The notes below the pieces were generated by a model. That model was given only the letters and a program-made list of their open reading frames with translations. It was not told where the DNA came from and ran no database searches. DNA of 64,000 nucleotides from a bacterium (GTDB taxonomy: Bacteria; SM23-31): the NCBI GenBank assembly GCA_965249485.1, contig OZ252239.1, positions 1,696,001 through 1,760,000 on the forward strand. The letters are read 5' to 3'. Below, in pieces: positions 11,497-21,541 of this stretch (the first letter of the stretch is position 1; every line of letters begins with the position of its first letter). The position numbers were made by a program, and so were the translations under genes.

Positions 11497-11970
11497 ATGT
11501 CAGTAGTAATAATGAAAAATACGTATGATTTGTTACTTAATAAAATAGAATCAATAAAGGAGGAGCTTAAAACAAACAGCAGTGAAATACATAAGGCTGC
11601 AGATTTTGGCGATCTTAAAGAAAATGCGGAATATAAGACTGCCAGAGAGAAACAGGAGTTTCTTTTTAATAAATTGAGCAGATTTGAAAAGTACCTGGAT
11701 TGTGAGATTGTTGATGAAAAAGACATAGATTTGGATGTAATAACTTTTGGAACCTCAATCAAAATTGTTGATAAAACGTCTGGCGACATTAGAAAGTATA
11801 ATATTTTAGGTCCGGTAGAATATGAATTAGAAAGTGTGCCTGATATCGTGACATATGCTTCTCCGTTAGCAAAGCAGATAATAGGTAAGAAAAAAGGAGA
11901 AGAGGTTGAAGTACAACTGCCTAATAGAGTGGATACTATAAAGATATTAGAGATAGAACCGATTGTATAA
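11497..11970 (+). CDS. greA: Transcription elongation factor GreA/GreB family
   Basis: GDLKENAEY, ITFGTSI, ASPLAKQIIGKKKGE. Confidence 0.85.
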   Translation: MSVVIMKNTYDLLLNKIESIKEELKTNSSEIHKAADFGDLKENAEYKTAREKQEFLFNKLSRFEKYLDCEIVDEKDIDLDVITFGTSIKIVDKTSGDIRKYNILGPVEYELESVPDIVTYASPLAKQIIGKKKGEEVEVQLPNRVDTIKILEIEPIV

Positions 11971-12075
11971 AATATTTGATACCTAACAAAAATTAACAGG
12001 CACATGAAGCACAAAGACTTGTGTGTGCCTCTAAGTTGTTGTAGAATAACACGTTAAAATAAACATTCTCCGTAT

Positions 12076-12119
12076 CTACGAATCAGAGAGTTTCAGGTTC
12101 GACTCCTGATGGCCCCACT
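12076..12119 (+). other. tRNA 3'-half fragment (att-like), not a full tRNA
   Basis: CTACGAA loop-like, T-arm TCAGG-TTCGACT-CCTGA, then TGGCCCCA; no D-arm or 5' acceptor strand upstream. Confidence 0.75.
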
Positions 12120-12232
12120 CAGGTCATTCGGTTCTGCTCAGTTTTTCGACTCTTCCACACTTACATCCCTTTATAAACAAGTGTAATTCTTAAGAAAAAT
12201 TACTTGACTTTTCTCAATATACTATTACATTT

Positions 12233-12583
12233 TTGTATTTTCGCTTATATTTTCATTCCCACGGTCAATACTTATACTTATGGATAAGTGCTTTTATTTT
12301 TGCATTTGTCTGGTTCTTCACCTGTTTTCTCTTCGGGAATTATTACCGTAGACATGCATATTTCTATTTTCTTGGATTTCTCTATCATCTGATGGCTTAC
12401 ATTATTTTCAATGTCATTTGGCTCATTATGATATTTGCCGGTTTATCTTTGCAGAATGATTTAACGAGTGCTCTGCTAACTATGACTGCCTGGGGAATCG
12501 GGCTTCTATGTCACTTTCTATTCTTTTTTCAGAGTCGAAAAAATATTATAAAAGGTATGAATAAAGATGAGATATTTGAATAA
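12233..12583 (+). CDS. Membrane protein with 2TM-like domain
   Basis: HLMAYIIFN...AWGIGLLCH motif. Confidence 0.55.
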   Translation: MYFRLYFHSHGQYLYLWISAFIFAFVWFFTCFLFGNYYRRHAYFYFLGFLYHLMAYIIFNVIWLIMIFAGLSLQNDLTSALLTMTAWGIGLLCHFLFFFQSRKNIIKGMNKDEIFE

Positions 12584-12824
12584 AATCACTACAATTTTTT
12601 TACCAACCATTAATTCCTGCTAGAGCTTCTATCTATGAATGGGAAAATACCACATAAATCTCTACCTTAAAAGTTCGTATAACGTCACACACGCTCCGCC
12701 TTTTTATAAAATATCTTGCATTTTATAAAAGACCAATTTACTTTTGTAATATCATTATACTGTAAGAGTGGAATTCTATACCTGAGATATTACTCTCAGT
12801 ACCTGATACGATAAAGGGAACACA

Positions 12825-13466
12825 TTGAAAAGATTAAACATAACATTTATTGTGCAGTGGTTAAAGAGTGCAGCAGGAGAAAAAAGGACTGTAATCTTCA
12901 TTTCTCTTATGGTAATGGTAATGCTTGTGGGATGCACACATAATCACACAATTAGACTAAGAAGTTCGCATGACTATGAAATATTGAACCAGCGTTCCCC
13001 TCGAATATATCCAGTCGTAATCGTAACTCAAATGGATGGGCGAAAACTGCGTGCTGAAAAATTGCGGTTCGATCCTGAGTCAACCTCTTGAGTTGATCCC
13101 ACTACAAAGAAGACCGTAGCTGTTCAGACAGCAGAAGTTTCCAACGTCCGATTTGTGTCATGGAATAATGGGGCGATGGAGGGCTCAGTAATTGGTGTTG
13201 TAGCGGGTGTATCAATTGGGGCTATTATTGGTTCGGTCGTGAGTGATGATACAAGAAGTCTTATAAGTAATCCAGTAAATAATAAGGCACTCATTGGGGG
13301 TATCGGTTCCTGATTGGCAGGCTTACTCATTGGAGCAATAGTGGGGGGCACAATAGGTAGCAAAGACGTTTATCATATCGAACACGAATATTCTCCGGCT
13401 ACAATTGGATTTGATATTGTGAAAAGAGATAATGTTTATTTTACACAATTTAGCTACAAATTTTAA
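12825..13466 (+). pseudogene. Lipoprotein with glycine-zipper-like segments, two in-frame TGA stops
   Basis: LVGC lipobox; frame continues through TGA 13089 and TGA 13311 to TAA 13464. Confidence 0.7.
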
Positions 13467-13468
13467 AA

Positions 13469-13508
13469 ACTAATATAACATTTGGTTCATCTGATGGGGG
13501 CAAGGTTA
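13469..13508 (+). mobile_element. IS3 family (IS407-like) terminal remnant; also 18004-18045, 24549-24589 (minus), 59787-59809 (partial)
   Basis: ACTAATATAACAT.TGG..CAACTTT.GGGGCAAGGTCA consensus; the 24549 copy starts TGACCTTGCCCC. Confidence 0.6.
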
Positions 13509-13805
13509 TGGATTAATTGCTTTAGAATCAGCTCTTTTATCAATTATGTTTATAACCAATATCAATATAAAAGAACTGCAAAACGTCACACCCGCTTCAC
13601 CATATTGAACGTTTTTCGACCCATCATTTCTAATGATATTTTTATGGTAAATTGAATTATCATAACCCAATCTCACCTGACTTTCTGCACCTAAGATTAG
13701 ATTAATCTGTTTGACTTTTATAAGGTGCAGCAGTATTTTCCCGATTGGATAGAAATACTTTACTATTTAATTATAAAACCATTTTAAAACCTGAAGGTAA
13801 AAAAT

Positions 13806-14225
13806 ATGAATCCAATCATTAGAAATACACTTGCAATATTTGCAGGGATTGTAATTGGTTCTTTGGTCAATATGGGCTTGATTATTGTTGGAAGTGAGCT
13901 GATTCCTCCACCTGAAGGAGTTATTGTAGCGGATATGGAGAGCCTTAAATCTTCAATGCATTTATTTACACCTATACATTTCATATTTCCCTTTTTTGCT
14001 CATGCTTTGGGTACATTGGCAGGAGCATTTGCTGCATCGATGATTGCCGGATCTCATACAATGAGATTTGCATTGACCATCGGTTGCGTTTTTCTTGTGG
14101 GAGGCATTGTCAATGTAATTCAACTTCCTGCTCCATTGTGGTTCAGTGTATTAGATTTGGGATTATCATATATTCCAATGGGATGGTTAGGTTGGAAAAT
14201 AACCGAGAAATTTTCTAACAAATAA
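13806..14225 (+). CDS. Conserved hypothetical membrane protein
   Basis: HFIFPFFAHALGTLAGAF...P.P.WF..LDL motif, 4 TM. Confidence 0.8.
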   Translation: MNPIIRNTLAIFAGIVIGSLVNMGLIIVGSELIPPPEGVIVADMESLKSSMHLFTPIHFIFPFFAHALGTLAGAFAASMIAGSHTMRFALTIGCVFLVGGIVNVIQLPAPLWFSVLDLGLSYIPMGWLGWKITEKFSNK

Positions 14226-14818
14226 TATAGCAATGGAGAATTCAATACATTTTGACAGAAACATAATGATGATGATATGATCAGCAAGTAAAGATAGCTT
14301 ATATTGAATTACCGTCAAGAGATATGGAGGAAATTAAAGCAATATAAAAAACAATAACGATATAATTATAGTGAGATTCTCATAAAAATCCAATCTTATC
14401 TACCATCAGGGATGATTTGTACATAATGGATAGAAAAATTGGAAAGTCGAAGAAAAATCTACTTTTTTCTTGCAACTTTTATTTTGGCAAATATTAGTTC
14501 TTTGGGATTAGGAGGTGACAAACAAATTTCAATATGAGTTAATACTAGTAGGTGTTCATCTAAGTAACATTTCTTATATTTCTTTTTAGATCCACACAGA
14601 CATATAGTCATTTCGACCTAAATTAAAGAAAAAATTTCATGTGGATGTTTCCGTACAGTAGTTGAGTAAATTCATTCATGGAAGGCAGACTTTATAGATG
14701 ACTACAACTGTTACTATATAAACCGAGGATGCTATGGAAACAAAAGGACTATTTACAATTTCAATTACGGCTCATCTTAAAAAGTGTAAAGAATTTTAGA
14801 AAAATATCATCAATAACT

Positions 14819-15559
14819 ATGGAAAACGACAATAGTATTACAAAATGGTTTGGTGTAAATCTTGCACAATTACTATCTGAAAAAATAAAATCTGTGTATA
14901 AAGAGTTTGATAGTAAGCGTTATATTGATTCGATTGAAGAACAATGCAAAAATAAAAGTTATACACAGAGAATAGACCTGCATGCTACTGAATTAAGAAA
15001 TTTCTTACCTCACGAGTATTCTGACGGAGTGGCAATATTAATTGATATTTTAGGAGAAGAAAATCCTAATGAAACAGGAATGTTTACTAATTTTTATTGG
15101 GTTATGCCCATAGGAAAATTTATTGAAAAGTATGGATTAGCGGATTTTGATATTTCTATACAGGCAATTGAAGAAGTTACAAAAAGAAACACCGGAGAAT
15201 ATGCCATTAGACCTTTCATTAGGAAGTATCCGGAAAAAACTATAAAAGTGATAAAGAAATGGGCACAATCTCAAAATTTTCATGTGCGCAGACTTGCATC
15301 TGAAGGTACCAGGCCTAAATTACCCTGGTCAACTAAATTGGATACTTTTATTGAGAATCCAAGACCTGTGTTTGAGATTCTTGAATGCTTAATGGAAGAT
15401 GAAATTAAATTTGTAAAAAAATCGGTTGCAAATAATATTACTGATTATCTAAAAGTAAACAGAGATGCTACGGTGCAATTCGTTAAAAATTGGAGTGAGT
15501 CAGAAAATAAACATACGCAATGGATAATTAAACATGCAACGCGAAAGATTAAAATATGA
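14819..15559 (+). CDS. DNA alkylation repair protein, AlkC-type HEAT-repeat glycosylase
   Basis: EEVTKRNTGEYAIRPF, HVRRLASEGTRPKLPW, VKKSVANN; likely start MENDN. Confidence 0.85.
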   Translation: MENDNSITKWFGVNLAQLLSEKIKSVYKEFDSKRYIDSIEEQCKNKSYTQRIDLHATELRNFLPHEYSDGVAILIDILGEENPNETGMFTNFYWVMPIGKFIEKYGLADFDISIQAIEEVTKRNTGEYAIRPFIRKYPEKTIKVIKKWAQSQNFHVRRLASEGTRPKLPWSTKLDTFIENPRPVFEILECLMEDEIKFVKKSVANNITDYLKVNRDATVQFVKNWSESENKHTQWIIKHATRKIKI

Positions 15560-15613
15560 GGACTTGTGGATTGCAACTTCTCATATCTGCAAAAACGATT
15601 TTTCACTTATGTT

Positions 15614-16041
15614 TAGAAGGGTAGAGGAGACGATTGACCGGGTAAAACCGATTTGCCAGAGTGGATGCGTTCCGGTGCTGGTTGATGCTGGATGTCAGAT
15701 CGAAATTATTTCTGTAAAAAATTGGAATACAGAGCGGTTTGGTTGCGGGAAGATAGTGAGTAGACAAATGTTGATTTGTGCTTTCGAAACTATAGGGAAA
15801 TCAATTATGATCGCGCGAGTACATTTATCAGTTTATCGCAACCACCGTTTTTTATAAATTCCGTATGATCGTTTATTGTTTTAAAACACTGGCCTGATAT
15901 TTTTTGACAGAGAATTTCACCATCAGTCGCACCATAGAACGCTTTCAGTGTGTCTTTCGCGCTTGGATTAACAAAAGCAGATTTCCCGGTGTGTTTTCTG
16001 CACCAGGCAAGAGTGTTCATCCATATCGCAGCGCTCAGCGC
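15614..16041. repeat. Repeat B/C1 plus duplicated 3' end of the C-GCAxxG-C-C gene (copy of ~45510-45937)
   Basis: 15765-16040 nearly identical to 45662-45937; peptide MNT.AWC.KHTGKSAF.NPSAKDTLKAFY. Confidence 0.9.
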
Positions 16042-16274
16042 GCCATGACCATGATCGACACCATAACGGCCGCCATGATGAAAAGCTTCAAAGGGCTCCA
16101 GTCCCCGCGAGAAGTTCCGAGCATGGATCGAAGCATGCCGAACCTAGTGCCTTCTGGCACCAAATACATGCCGACGCACTTTGGGCACTTTCCGGGGTTC
16201 GGCTGACGAACTTCCGGATGCATGGGGCAAAGATAGACTTTTCCCGCGTTTTGACTTTGATTCTTTGTTTCCAT
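16035..16274 (-). CDS. Small heavy-metal-binding domain protein
   Basis: YLCPMHPEV....GKCPKC.GMYLVP plus C-terminal TM; AGGAG RBS. Confidence 0.75.
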   Translation of the reverse strand: METKNQSQNAGKVYLCPMHPEVRQPNPGKCPKCVGMYLVPEGTRFGMLRSMLGTSRGDWSPLKLFIMAAVMVSIMVMAR

Positions 16275-16489
16275 CTTGGTCTCTCCTTTCTCAACAATCG
16301 ATTATCACCGGTTTATGTCTACGGGTGGCGAAACACCGGCTCTCCATGGTATCAAGCCGCCCAACGTTGTTTTCAACTGCGGGCCGGACTGGTGCGGCCC
16401 TGGCCGTCTCCAAGGCTACCCACTTCTCTAACACCTGTGCGACCGGAGTCCGTACCGCTTTGGGTGCGCGCGATGTCGACAACAATTAA

Positions 16490-16918
16490 CTACCCCGAAG
16501 CGACAAGCACGCCGAGGTTCATGACCACGCGTTCGGAGATGAGTTTGTCGGTCTTGTCGAAGTGATAAAAGGCGACGAACGGCAGTTCGAAGTTGCGGCC
16601 CGTAGCTTCAATGCCTTGGAATTCACCGACATGTTTGCCGCACAGGCGTCCTTCGACGATGATTTCGTCCTCTGTGAAATGTTCGACGTCGATATTGTTG
16701 TGAATGTCTTTAAAAGCGCCATCCGTGCCGGAAAAACCAATAAGGCCGTGCGCATCACGAATGCTTTGCGGGTCCATGAACGGGATGTGGTTGTAAAGCA
16801 TCTCACTGTCGGGGGCGAAGGTTGCCATAATACCATTCATGTCGTGGTCATTTTCAACGTCATAGTGGGTTTTAAGCAGGGCTCTGCGACGGTTCTTTTC
16901 GCTATCGGTAATGGGCAT
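16490..16918 (-). CDS. SnoaL-like/ester cyclase (NTF2 fold) protein
   Basis: EN.HD..GIMATF, GKHVGEFQGIEATGR, FYHFD..DKLISERV; AGGAGG RBS. Confidence 0.85.
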   Translation of the reverse strand: MPITDSEKNRRRALLKTHYDVENDHDMNGIMATFAPDSEMLYNHIPFMDPQSIRDAHGLIGFSGTDGAFKDIHNNIDVEHFTEDEIIVEGRLCGKHVGEFQGIEATGRNFELPFVAFYHFDKTDKLISERVVMNLGVLVASG

Positions 16919-17001
16919 GGGTCATCCTCCTTGTTGTGAGTCCCAGCCGTTTTGAGGGCCCGGACTCTGTTGAAATTGTGGGCCATGTAAGCTCATAGAA
17001 A

Positions 17002-17040
17002 GCCTAACAAGTAATTCTATAGTTTTCCTGATAACTCCCC
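17002..17040 (-). other. Integron-type core site GTTAGGC with attI-like upstream context
   Basis: Minus strand GTTATCAGGAAAACTATAGAATTACTT-GTTAGGC near the AT-rich to GC-rich junction. Confidence 0.55.
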
Positions 17041-17092
17041 AAAAATTAAAATTCTTTCATTGAACCACCAGAGAAATCGACGTGTTTATTAT

Positions 17093-17111
17093 AGTAACTA
17101 TAGTTGTTACA
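17093..17111. promoter_or_regulatory. Putative Rrf2 operator
   Basis: AGTAAC-TATAGTT-GTTACA inverted repeat next to an Rrf2 gene. Confidence 0.55.
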
Positions 17112-17246
17112 AATTTTATTAAAAAATTTTATTAGTGCGGTAATCTGAGAACCTTTAATTTTGAAGTTTGCATCGACCACTCGAAATAACTTCCTCTAAA
17201 TATTATAAACTGCCACAATTACTATTACAAATAGGTCCAAAAATTT

Positions 17247-17768
17247 TTAATCACTGAGAGATTTTTCAATAAGCTTGCCATAACGAAATTCGTATTTCGC
17301 CTGAAATTCTTTAATAGATAAGTTTAAATGGAGAAACTTGCTTATTCCCGAATCAATCATTACATCATTCCTCACTTCAATTAGCTTTATACCTTCCAAA
17401 ACTTTCTTCATTTTCAACTCCGCTTCACTGAATACGTCCCGCAGACTCTTCTGGATATTAGCGCCTATCGGACAATGCTGATTCGGATCGCTGTAATGGA
17501 GATAAAACAGACCTTCTTTTTCAACCGATTCATAGATATCCCGGAGCGTGATATTCTTAGGATTACGCGCCAAGACCGAACCGCCAATGGGCCCGGACCG
17601 GGATTCCACCAATCCTGCTTTCTTTAATAAGCCAAGGACGCGTCGAATAACAACCGGGTTCGTATTGACGCTTTCAGCAAGGAGATCGGACTTCAACGGT
17701 TCTTTTTTGCTTAAAGATACCATAACCATTATGTGGATAGCGACGACAAACCGGCTGCTTGCATTCAT
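17247..17768 (-). CDS. Rrf2 family transcriptional regulator (YwnA/HypR-like)
   Basis: SSRFVVAIH, LAESVNTNPVVIRR, GPIGG..LAR.P..ITL.DIY, PNQHCPIGANI. Confidence 0.9.
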   Translation of the reverse strand: MNASSRFVVAIHIMVMVSLSKKEPLKSDLLAESVNTNPVVIRRVLGLLKKAGLVESRSGPIGGSVLARNPKNITLRDIYESVEKEGLFYLHYSDPNQHCPIGANIQKSLRDVFSEAELKMKKVLEGIKLIEVRNDVMIDSGISKFLHLNLSIKEFQAKYEFRYGKLIEKSLSD

Positions 17769-17922
17769 TCAATGTATACCTTCGGTTAATTCGATCAACG
17801 CTCCCATCACCAGGTCGGAAATGCCCACGATCATCCACGCCCGGTTTGTTTTCTCAGAAATAGCCCGCATACACTTCGTTCATCACTTTAGAATCATCGA
17901 GGTTTTACAGGTTATATTCACT
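17769..17922 (-). pseudogene. RidA-family C-terminal remnant
   Basis: NLDDSKVMNEVYAGYF*ENKP / MIVGISDLVMGALIEL with a stop and frameshifts. Confidence 0.65.
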
Positions 17923-18046
17923 CCTGGATTTCATTGTTTGTTGTTTGATTCTTTCTCTATTTGAATGGATTGACCTTGCTCCATTCGCTCAAAGTAATCA
18001 CTTATACTAATATAATATCTGGCTCAACTTTAGGGGGCAAGATCCT

Positions 18047-18355
18047 TGAAGAGTTGAAAAAACTGGGCAAAACAAAAACTCGAAATGTAAAATATTTGCA
18101 GCTTTTCGGGTAGAACGCGAACATATCACGATATTCTTAGAAACGTCAATAAAAACAAAATCTTACATATCACTTAAATCCGCATTTGTGCCTAAATTGT
18201 GCCTAATTATTTCAAAAAATTCAGAATATAAGAGATTAATAGAGGTTATGAGAGGATATAACCTGAAAAAGGAGGACAATAAAAAACACTTGCATAGACT
18301 AAATGTACCTCTTAACTTTTAATCCAATCATTTCAACATGTTCTGACGACGTAAA
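18047..18355 (+). repeat. Repeat C2 (tandem TTGTGCCTAA) followed by IS150-like end (family A)
   Basis: Aligns with 30234-30450 and 41815-41945; ends CAACATGTTCTGACGACGTAAA. Confidence 0.8.
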
Positions 18356-18470
18356 GCAAGGAGGGAAAAGTTGGTAAAGAAAAATATAAACAATTGTTGT
18401 ATCCTTCGAATTTGGCGGTATAATAACAATGAATATACACAGCCGTAGGTAGTGATTAGAAAAAAAGATA

Positions 18471-19250
18471 ATGAAGCAACTTTCAATGCATAATAGTATA
18501 GAACCATTTGGAAAGGATATTTGTATCCTGGAAATGGATGAAACTGATACAGAAAAGAAACTGCCTTTTTATGCCGACGGTTTTGCAGGAATTATCTATA
18601 CAAAGTCAGCCAATCCATTTTACCAACAGCCCAAAGGTAAAAAACTGTCTGATTTTTATTTGTATGGACAAACCGTTGAACCTATAACTCTGGATGTAAA
18701 TGGAGCATTCAAATTAATTCGTATTCGATTATATCCATTTGCTGTCCGAATTTTGCTTGGTGTCGATCCTAAGGTGTTAAAGGATGATTGTTATGATCTT
18801 AGGCTTGTTGAAAATGTAGATACCGAGCTTACATTAGAGAAGTTAGAGCAAATGCAAAATTGGATTGATATTGTAGAAATCATCGCAGATTATTTCAATG
18901 AATTACTGAAAAACGCATCGATTAATCCTGATTACAGAATTAAACTAGCAATAAATCTCATTCTCAAGGCAAAGGGAGCAATCAGCATCACAGAAGTCAG
19001 AGAAAAACTATACGTTACTGAAAGAACACTGGAAAGGCATTTTCTAAAAGAAATTGGAGTAACTGCCAAGCAATTTGCAAAAATCATTCAGTTTCGTTCT
19101 TCCATGAAACAAATGACTGAAACAAATTATGTTAATCTAACAGAGATTGGCTATGACAATAGTTTTGCCGATCAATCACACTTCATAAGATCCTTTAAAA
19201 GGTACACCGGAAAAACCCCCAAAGAATATCTGCAACAAATCTCTCTTTAA
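18471..19250 (+). CDS. AraC family transcriptional regulator
   Basis: ERTLERHFLKEIG, FADQSHFIRSFKRYTGKTPKEY. Confidence 0.92.
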   Translation: MKQLSMHNSIEPFGKDICILEMDETDTEKKLPFYADGFAGIIYTKSANPFYQQPKGKKLSDFYLYGQTVEPITLDVNGAFKLIRIRLYPFAVRILLGVDPKVLKDDCYDLRLVENVDTELTLEKLEQMQNWIDIVEIIADYFNELLKNASINPDYRIKLAINLILKAKGAISITEVREKLYVTERTLERHFLKEIGVTAKQFAKIIQFRSSMKQMTETNYVNLTEIGYDNSFADQSHFIRSFKRYTGKTPKEYLQQISL

Positions 19251-19342
19251 ATACCTCCTTTTTTTCATTTTGGCGGTTTTGTTCAATTTTATTGATTGAA
19301 TATTCTATAGATTTGCCTTGTCATGAAATAAATGGAGGCAAA

Positions 19343-19840
19343 ATGAAAATAGACACGATTATCCTAATGCTAACAACATTCTCCTTGGGACTAATGGCCG
19401 GACTACTTTACTCCTGGTCTATTTCTGTTACTCCCGGATTGGCAAAGGTAAGCGATGAAAATTATTTACGAGCTTTTCAGTCAATGAATAGGGCTATTTT
19501 AAATCCAGCTTTCTTTATCTGTTTCATAGGCTTAGTAATTCTACTACCTCTGCTTTCTTGGTTGTATTACAAATCACCAGTATCCGCAGAATTTTGGTTC
19601 ATTTTATCTGCTACTATTCTCTATATGGCAGGGGTTATGGCCGTCACTTTCTTTGGTAATGTACCAATAAATAATACTTTGGAGGTTTTGGAGATTGAAT
19701 CTTTGAGTCTTGAACAAATAGCATCTTTTCGACTTGGATTTGAAAGTAAATGGAACAACCTCAATATGATCAGAACGATATGTTCTTCGCTCTCTTTTGT
19801 ATTGTTAATCATAGCATGCTTGCAGAAGGCAGGTAAGTAA
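19343..19840 (+). CDS. DUF1772/anthrone oxygenase family membrane protein
   Basis: GLMAGL..SWS.SV.PGL, FQSMNRAILNP, GNVPINN, WNNLN.IRT; GGAGG RBS before ATG 19343. Confidence 0.88.
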   Translation: MKIDTIILMLTTFSLGLMAGLLYSWSISVTPGLAKVSDENYLRAFQSMNRAILNPAFFICFIGLVILLPLLSWLYYKSPVSAEFWFILSATILYMAGVMAVTFFGNVPINNTLEVLEIESLSLEQIASFRLGFESKWNNLNMIRTICSSLSFVLLIIACLQKAGK

Positions 19841-19877
19841 TTAATTATTAATGAATAAACTTTAAGGAGAATTAATC

Positions 19878-20708
19878 ATGAATGAGAAAAAGATTTTAGT
19901 ACTCGGAGGAAAAGGTAAAACGGGTCGTACGGTGGCAGAACGATTAACCAAGCTTGGTAAAACCATCCGCATTGGTTCAAGAAGTGAAAAACCGTCATTT
20001 GATTGGGACAACCGGGAGACCTGGACCGGTGCCTTGAATGGAACGGACACAGTTTACATAACGTTTCAGCCCGACTTGGCTGTCCCTGGTGCTCGGAAAT
20101 CTATCGAAGAATTTACATCTCTTGCAGTAAAAAGTGGAATACAAAAAATGGTCTTACTGTCAGGGAAAGGTGAAAAAGAAGCCGAGCTTTGTGAACAGGT
20201 AGTGATGAACGCAGGAAAGGCTTGGACAATTGATCGGGCTAGCTGGTTCAATCAGAATTTCAGTGAAAGCTTCTTTCTAGATCCAATCATAGCTGGCCAT
20301 GTTGCACTACCAAAAGGAGAAGCACTTGTGCCATATGTTGACACTGATGACATTGCTGATGTCGTTGTAGAAGCACTCTTGCATGACGACCATATCGGTA
20401 AAATATATGAATTGACAGGTCCACGGCAACTTACATTTAAACAGGTTACTGAAGAGATTTCAAATGTTACTGGGAGGGATATCGTGTTTAATTCAATTAC
20501 GATGGAAGCATACGTGAAAATGCTTAAAGAATATCAAGTTCCGGAAGATTACATATGGTTGATCAATTATCTTTTCACGGAGGTTTTAGTTGACAGAAAT
20601 TCCATTGTCACTAATGACATACAAAAGGTACTTGGAAGGAAATCAAAAGATTTTGCTGAATATGCCAGAGAAACAGCTTTAACTGGAATCTGGAATTCAG
20701 TGAATTAG
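19878..20708 (+). CDS. NmrA-like atypical SDR
   Basis: LVLGGKGKTGRTV, FDWD, RASWFNQNFSE, YELTGP. Confidence 0.9.
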   Translation: MNEKKILVLGGKGKTGRTVAERLTKLGKTIRIGSRSEKPSFDWDNRETWTGALNGTDTVYITFQPDLAVPGARKSIEEFTSLAVKSGIQKMVLLSGKGEKEAELCEQVVMNAGKAWTIDRASWFNQNFSESFFLDPIIAGHVALPKGEALVPYVDTDDIADVVVEALLHDDHIGKIYELTGPRQLTFKQVTEEISNVTGRDIVFNSITMEAYVKMLKEYQVPEDYIWLINYLFTEVLVDRNSIVTNDIQKVLGRKSKDFAEYARETALTGIWNSVN

Positions 20709-20719
20709 TCCAGAATAAC

Positions 20720-21088
20720 TTAAACCCGCATACACATAGAAAACGATTCAAACTTTATTTGACTGTAAGAACGATTTGTAACGAATGGATTGAAGGGTAG
20801 AAAAGTAGCTAAAACTGGGGGATTTTCTTTCTGAAACCGTCTCAGTGCTTGAATGTCATCCCAAACAGATAGTGTCCAACCTTCAGGTGGTAAGGGAGTG
20901 ACACGTAATGAATAGGCAATGCACTTTTCCGACAGACTCAACTGCTGGTTTATCGCCTTGTCATACTGGAGAATTGATCGGATAGCAAGCGGGTTCCACC
21001 AGGTAATCCTTAGCCCTCTGGTGGCTGCTACAACATACTCATAGTCTGGATCGGGTACGGAAAGAAAGATCCACGAGACTTGGCCCAT
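20720..21088 (-). pseudogene. DUF3291/monooxygenase-like protein, probably 3'-truncated
   Basis: WTLSVWDD..ALRRF motif, then low-quality tail. Confidence 0.4.
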
Positions 21089-21498
21089 ACCTTTTTCATT
21101 CTAATCGTTAGATCGGACAACCTGCCTGACTACTAATTAATCACTAAATATTACGATTATCATTCATGTTAATTTGAGCAAAAACTCAAAATGATAATAA
21201 TACAATTTCAAGTTTTGAGTATAATTTATGAGTGACAACTCTATGCAAATGCTGATTATCACATGAATTAGTGCAATAAAATCAGAACAATAGAATAGTA
21301 AATTAGCAGTTGGAAAAGGAAATATTATTACATGTAAATGTTAAGATATTTATTAACCTGAGGGCCCACATTGTTTCCTTATAAAACTGCATATTATATC
21401 TACCTCAAAGGTTCGCAAAACGTCACACACGGTCCGTCATATGTGAAAATATTCAAACTATTATCCATAAATAAATGCATGCTTAAAAGTTCTACCTT

Positions 21499-21541
21499 TT
21501 AACCAGTAGGGTCTGCCGTCCACTGCAACAACTGGTTATGC
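21499..21541 (-). other. Truncated attC site
   Basis: GCATAAC-CAGTT-GTTGCAGTGGAC; stop codon of the upstream gene lies in the R'' box. Confidence 0.65.

Noticed and set aside
12076..12119. Intact tRNA gene
   Set aside because: No D-arm or pairing 5' acceptor strand upstream; kept only as a fragment.
12825..13466. Genome-wide TGA recoding
   Set aside because: Genes in the window such as the sigma factor terminate at TGA, and the other internal stops are TAA/TAG.
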